Below the pieces are notes generated by a model, which was given only the letters and a program-made list of their open reading frames with translations, was not told the origin of the DNA and did not search any database. A stretch of 63,763 nt of DNA, counting the filler, from Patellaria atrata CBS 101060 (lineage: Eukaryota): NCBI GenBank assembly GCA_010093705.1. It is 7 parts of 5 records of this genome, joined end to end, with 100 filler letters (N's around TTAATTAATTAA, not from the genome) between each part and the next. Parts side by side here need not be neighbours in the genome. Positions count along the whole stretch, not along the records: positions 61,698 to 63,763 come from MU006107.1; 6 more parts are not named here. One strand, 5' to 3'. The position numbers and the translations under genes were made by a program. Of this stretch, positions 62,054-63,763 are shown piece by piece. Within the stretch, counting starts at the first letter, position 1; each line of letters begins with the position of its first letter.

Positions 62054-63051
62054 TCACCCGCCATCACAGCCAAGACCAAGAAAGTATCCTTCATCGTCTG
62101 CGTTGCCAGTTCTACTTCTGGTCCTATCGTCGAATGTATATGGATATTGCATCCAGTCTTTAATCCATTCCCCCTGAGAAAGAGCCGTCCACTCTGGTAA
62201 AGCCTTACGGACGATGCCAGCATTACTCAAAGGGGCAGCTCGTCGTGATGAAACATTATCGTCCTTATTGTCCGAGACTATTGCAAGTTCCGGAACCGAC
62301 GTGGTCGATGGGCAGGTTGCGATAGAGCACACAGGCTCAGCTTGTATTTTGTACGGTGGTAGTACAGAGTTCTTTTTATTATTCTTTGGATTCCTCGTAT
62401 CGACCCAGATATTTATACAGAAATTAGGATCCTTTTCCGCTTGGTTTGCATAATATTCCTGCTGAGTTGGAGTCAAACTAGCCCACAATGGGCGATTCTT
62501 TAGTGTGACTATTCGTCCAATGTCCATATGTTTACAGCCAGATGGATGGCAATGCTTTGTAGCGCGCCAGTATATTTCGTCTTTCTGGTCTGGTGTGGGT
62601 TGTTGTGAAGAAGAGCCGGCCATCTGATGTATCAGAATTCTTAGGCTTGAAGACTCTGGTATAGAATTAGACGATTGCATCGATATCTGAGACTTTCTAT
62701 CTGGAGTCATATTTGCTGAGATGTTAAGGAATAGAGTCAAGCGATCAAGATATCGAGCTTCTTAAGTACCCTCTGCCACGCATTTCGGTTTTGACTGGAC
62801 AGAAATCTGGTTTCAGTCATTCTTTCGTTATCTTCTTTCCATTGAATGGCCACAATTTGACAGTTGACTAGGCGGAAATCCGGCATCCGTACTCGCAGCG
62901 AGGGTTGTGGGTGAGGTATCTGCTCGATCAAGAAGATTGATGGCGCAACAAATAGTTCTACCATTCTTCGTGTTTCCTCGTTGGCGTAGGGTGCAAACTT
63001 ACTCCTGTAAGAGATAACGGGGAAAGCGTGTATGTCCATGTGAATCATCAT
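62054..63051 (-). CDS. Hypothetical protein(s), probably one intron-containing gene
   Basis: Stop-free 228- and 104-codon frames abut at 62737-62740. Candidate intron GTACTT..CTTAAC..CAG at ~62769-62716. Exon structure unresolved. Confidence 0.45.
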
Positions 63052-63619
63052 CCCAATGCGAACGGCTATCTTCTCTTGCCACGTATTTCCGACCCCAGAC
63101 TTCCGCTGCTCTCCATCATGTATCGATGGGACTTAATCGATTCTAAATTGCGGATACTACTATGAACCACAGTCTTACCTGTCAAGACACTTCCCATACG
63201 CTGATTCAGTTCTAATCAGTTAAGCAAGCCACGGAAAGCACATGAATCTACTCTACAGGTTCATGTTTCTACCGCGGTTTGAACCATTCTTCAAGCTCTT
63301 TTATCGAATTTGGGCTTCTCTTTAGTCAGACTACGGAGTTGGTCATCATGGTAATGATTCTGCATAAATAGAGTAATGAGTACTACTATATAATCAGTGT
63401 CCCTTCGATAGACGAGTCACTTATGGAGACAATGAGTGGGAATATCCTCCTAAAATGGCGGTATATACTATGACTTCGGGTTACATATGGAGTGATATAA
63501 TTACAATTAGAACTAGAATATAAATACTCTTTCATGTCTTATGAATTAGGTTCATATTATCGTATAATGTTAAGGTACGAGTGTTGCTACCTTACCTAAA
63601 CATGTTGTAAACATAACTA

Positions 63620-63763
63620 ACGTGTTTCACCACTCAAGTGGCCACCCCACTCAAGTGGCTACCCTATCAACATCAACACGCATCTTCGTACGAAAACAGA
63701 AATGGCAACACAGCAAGAACCTACCGCTTCTCAAAAAGATGGTAGATTACTTCTTGCTCTACA
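63620..63763 (+). mobile_element. 5' end of pogo/Fot1-type transposon P5
   Basis: TA + ACGTGTTTCACCACTCAAGTGGCCAC, with an internal direct repeat like the P2/P3 TIRs. ATG 63702 gives MATQQEPTASQKDGRLLLAL. Confidence 0.85.

Overview
Repeat-rich region of a filamentous ascomycete genome with strong repeat-induced point mutation (RIP): C>T/G>A transitions at CpA/TpG, many TAA/TAG stops and near-pure AT blocks. Contents: (1) Two Ty3/Gypsy chromovirus families, nested in RIP-eroded copies of family B. Family A has two copies (3000-10024 '-', 11399-17216 '+'); family B has six pieces. (2) Five pogo/Fot1-type DNA transposons, a solo LTR and a LINE 3' fragment. (3) One intact dispersed 5S rRNA gene. 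(4) A ~12 kb island of mostly degraded non-TE genes: FAD-dependent amine oxidase-like, Fungal_trans_2-like and orphans. (5) Two near-identical TPR C-termini, a truncated telomere-linked-type RecQ helicase and other gene fragments. Six artificial N44-TTAATTAATTAA-N44 linkers join contigs, so adjacency across them is unproven. The most unusual item is family A. It carries an antisense ~200-codon ORF between pol and the 3' LTR with an exact Zn(II)2Cys6 spacing plus a coiled coil, a ~680-aa Gag with a long C-x4-C-x2-H repeat tail, and LTRs whose central repeat modules differ between copies. All calls come from manual reading and translation; no database search was run.
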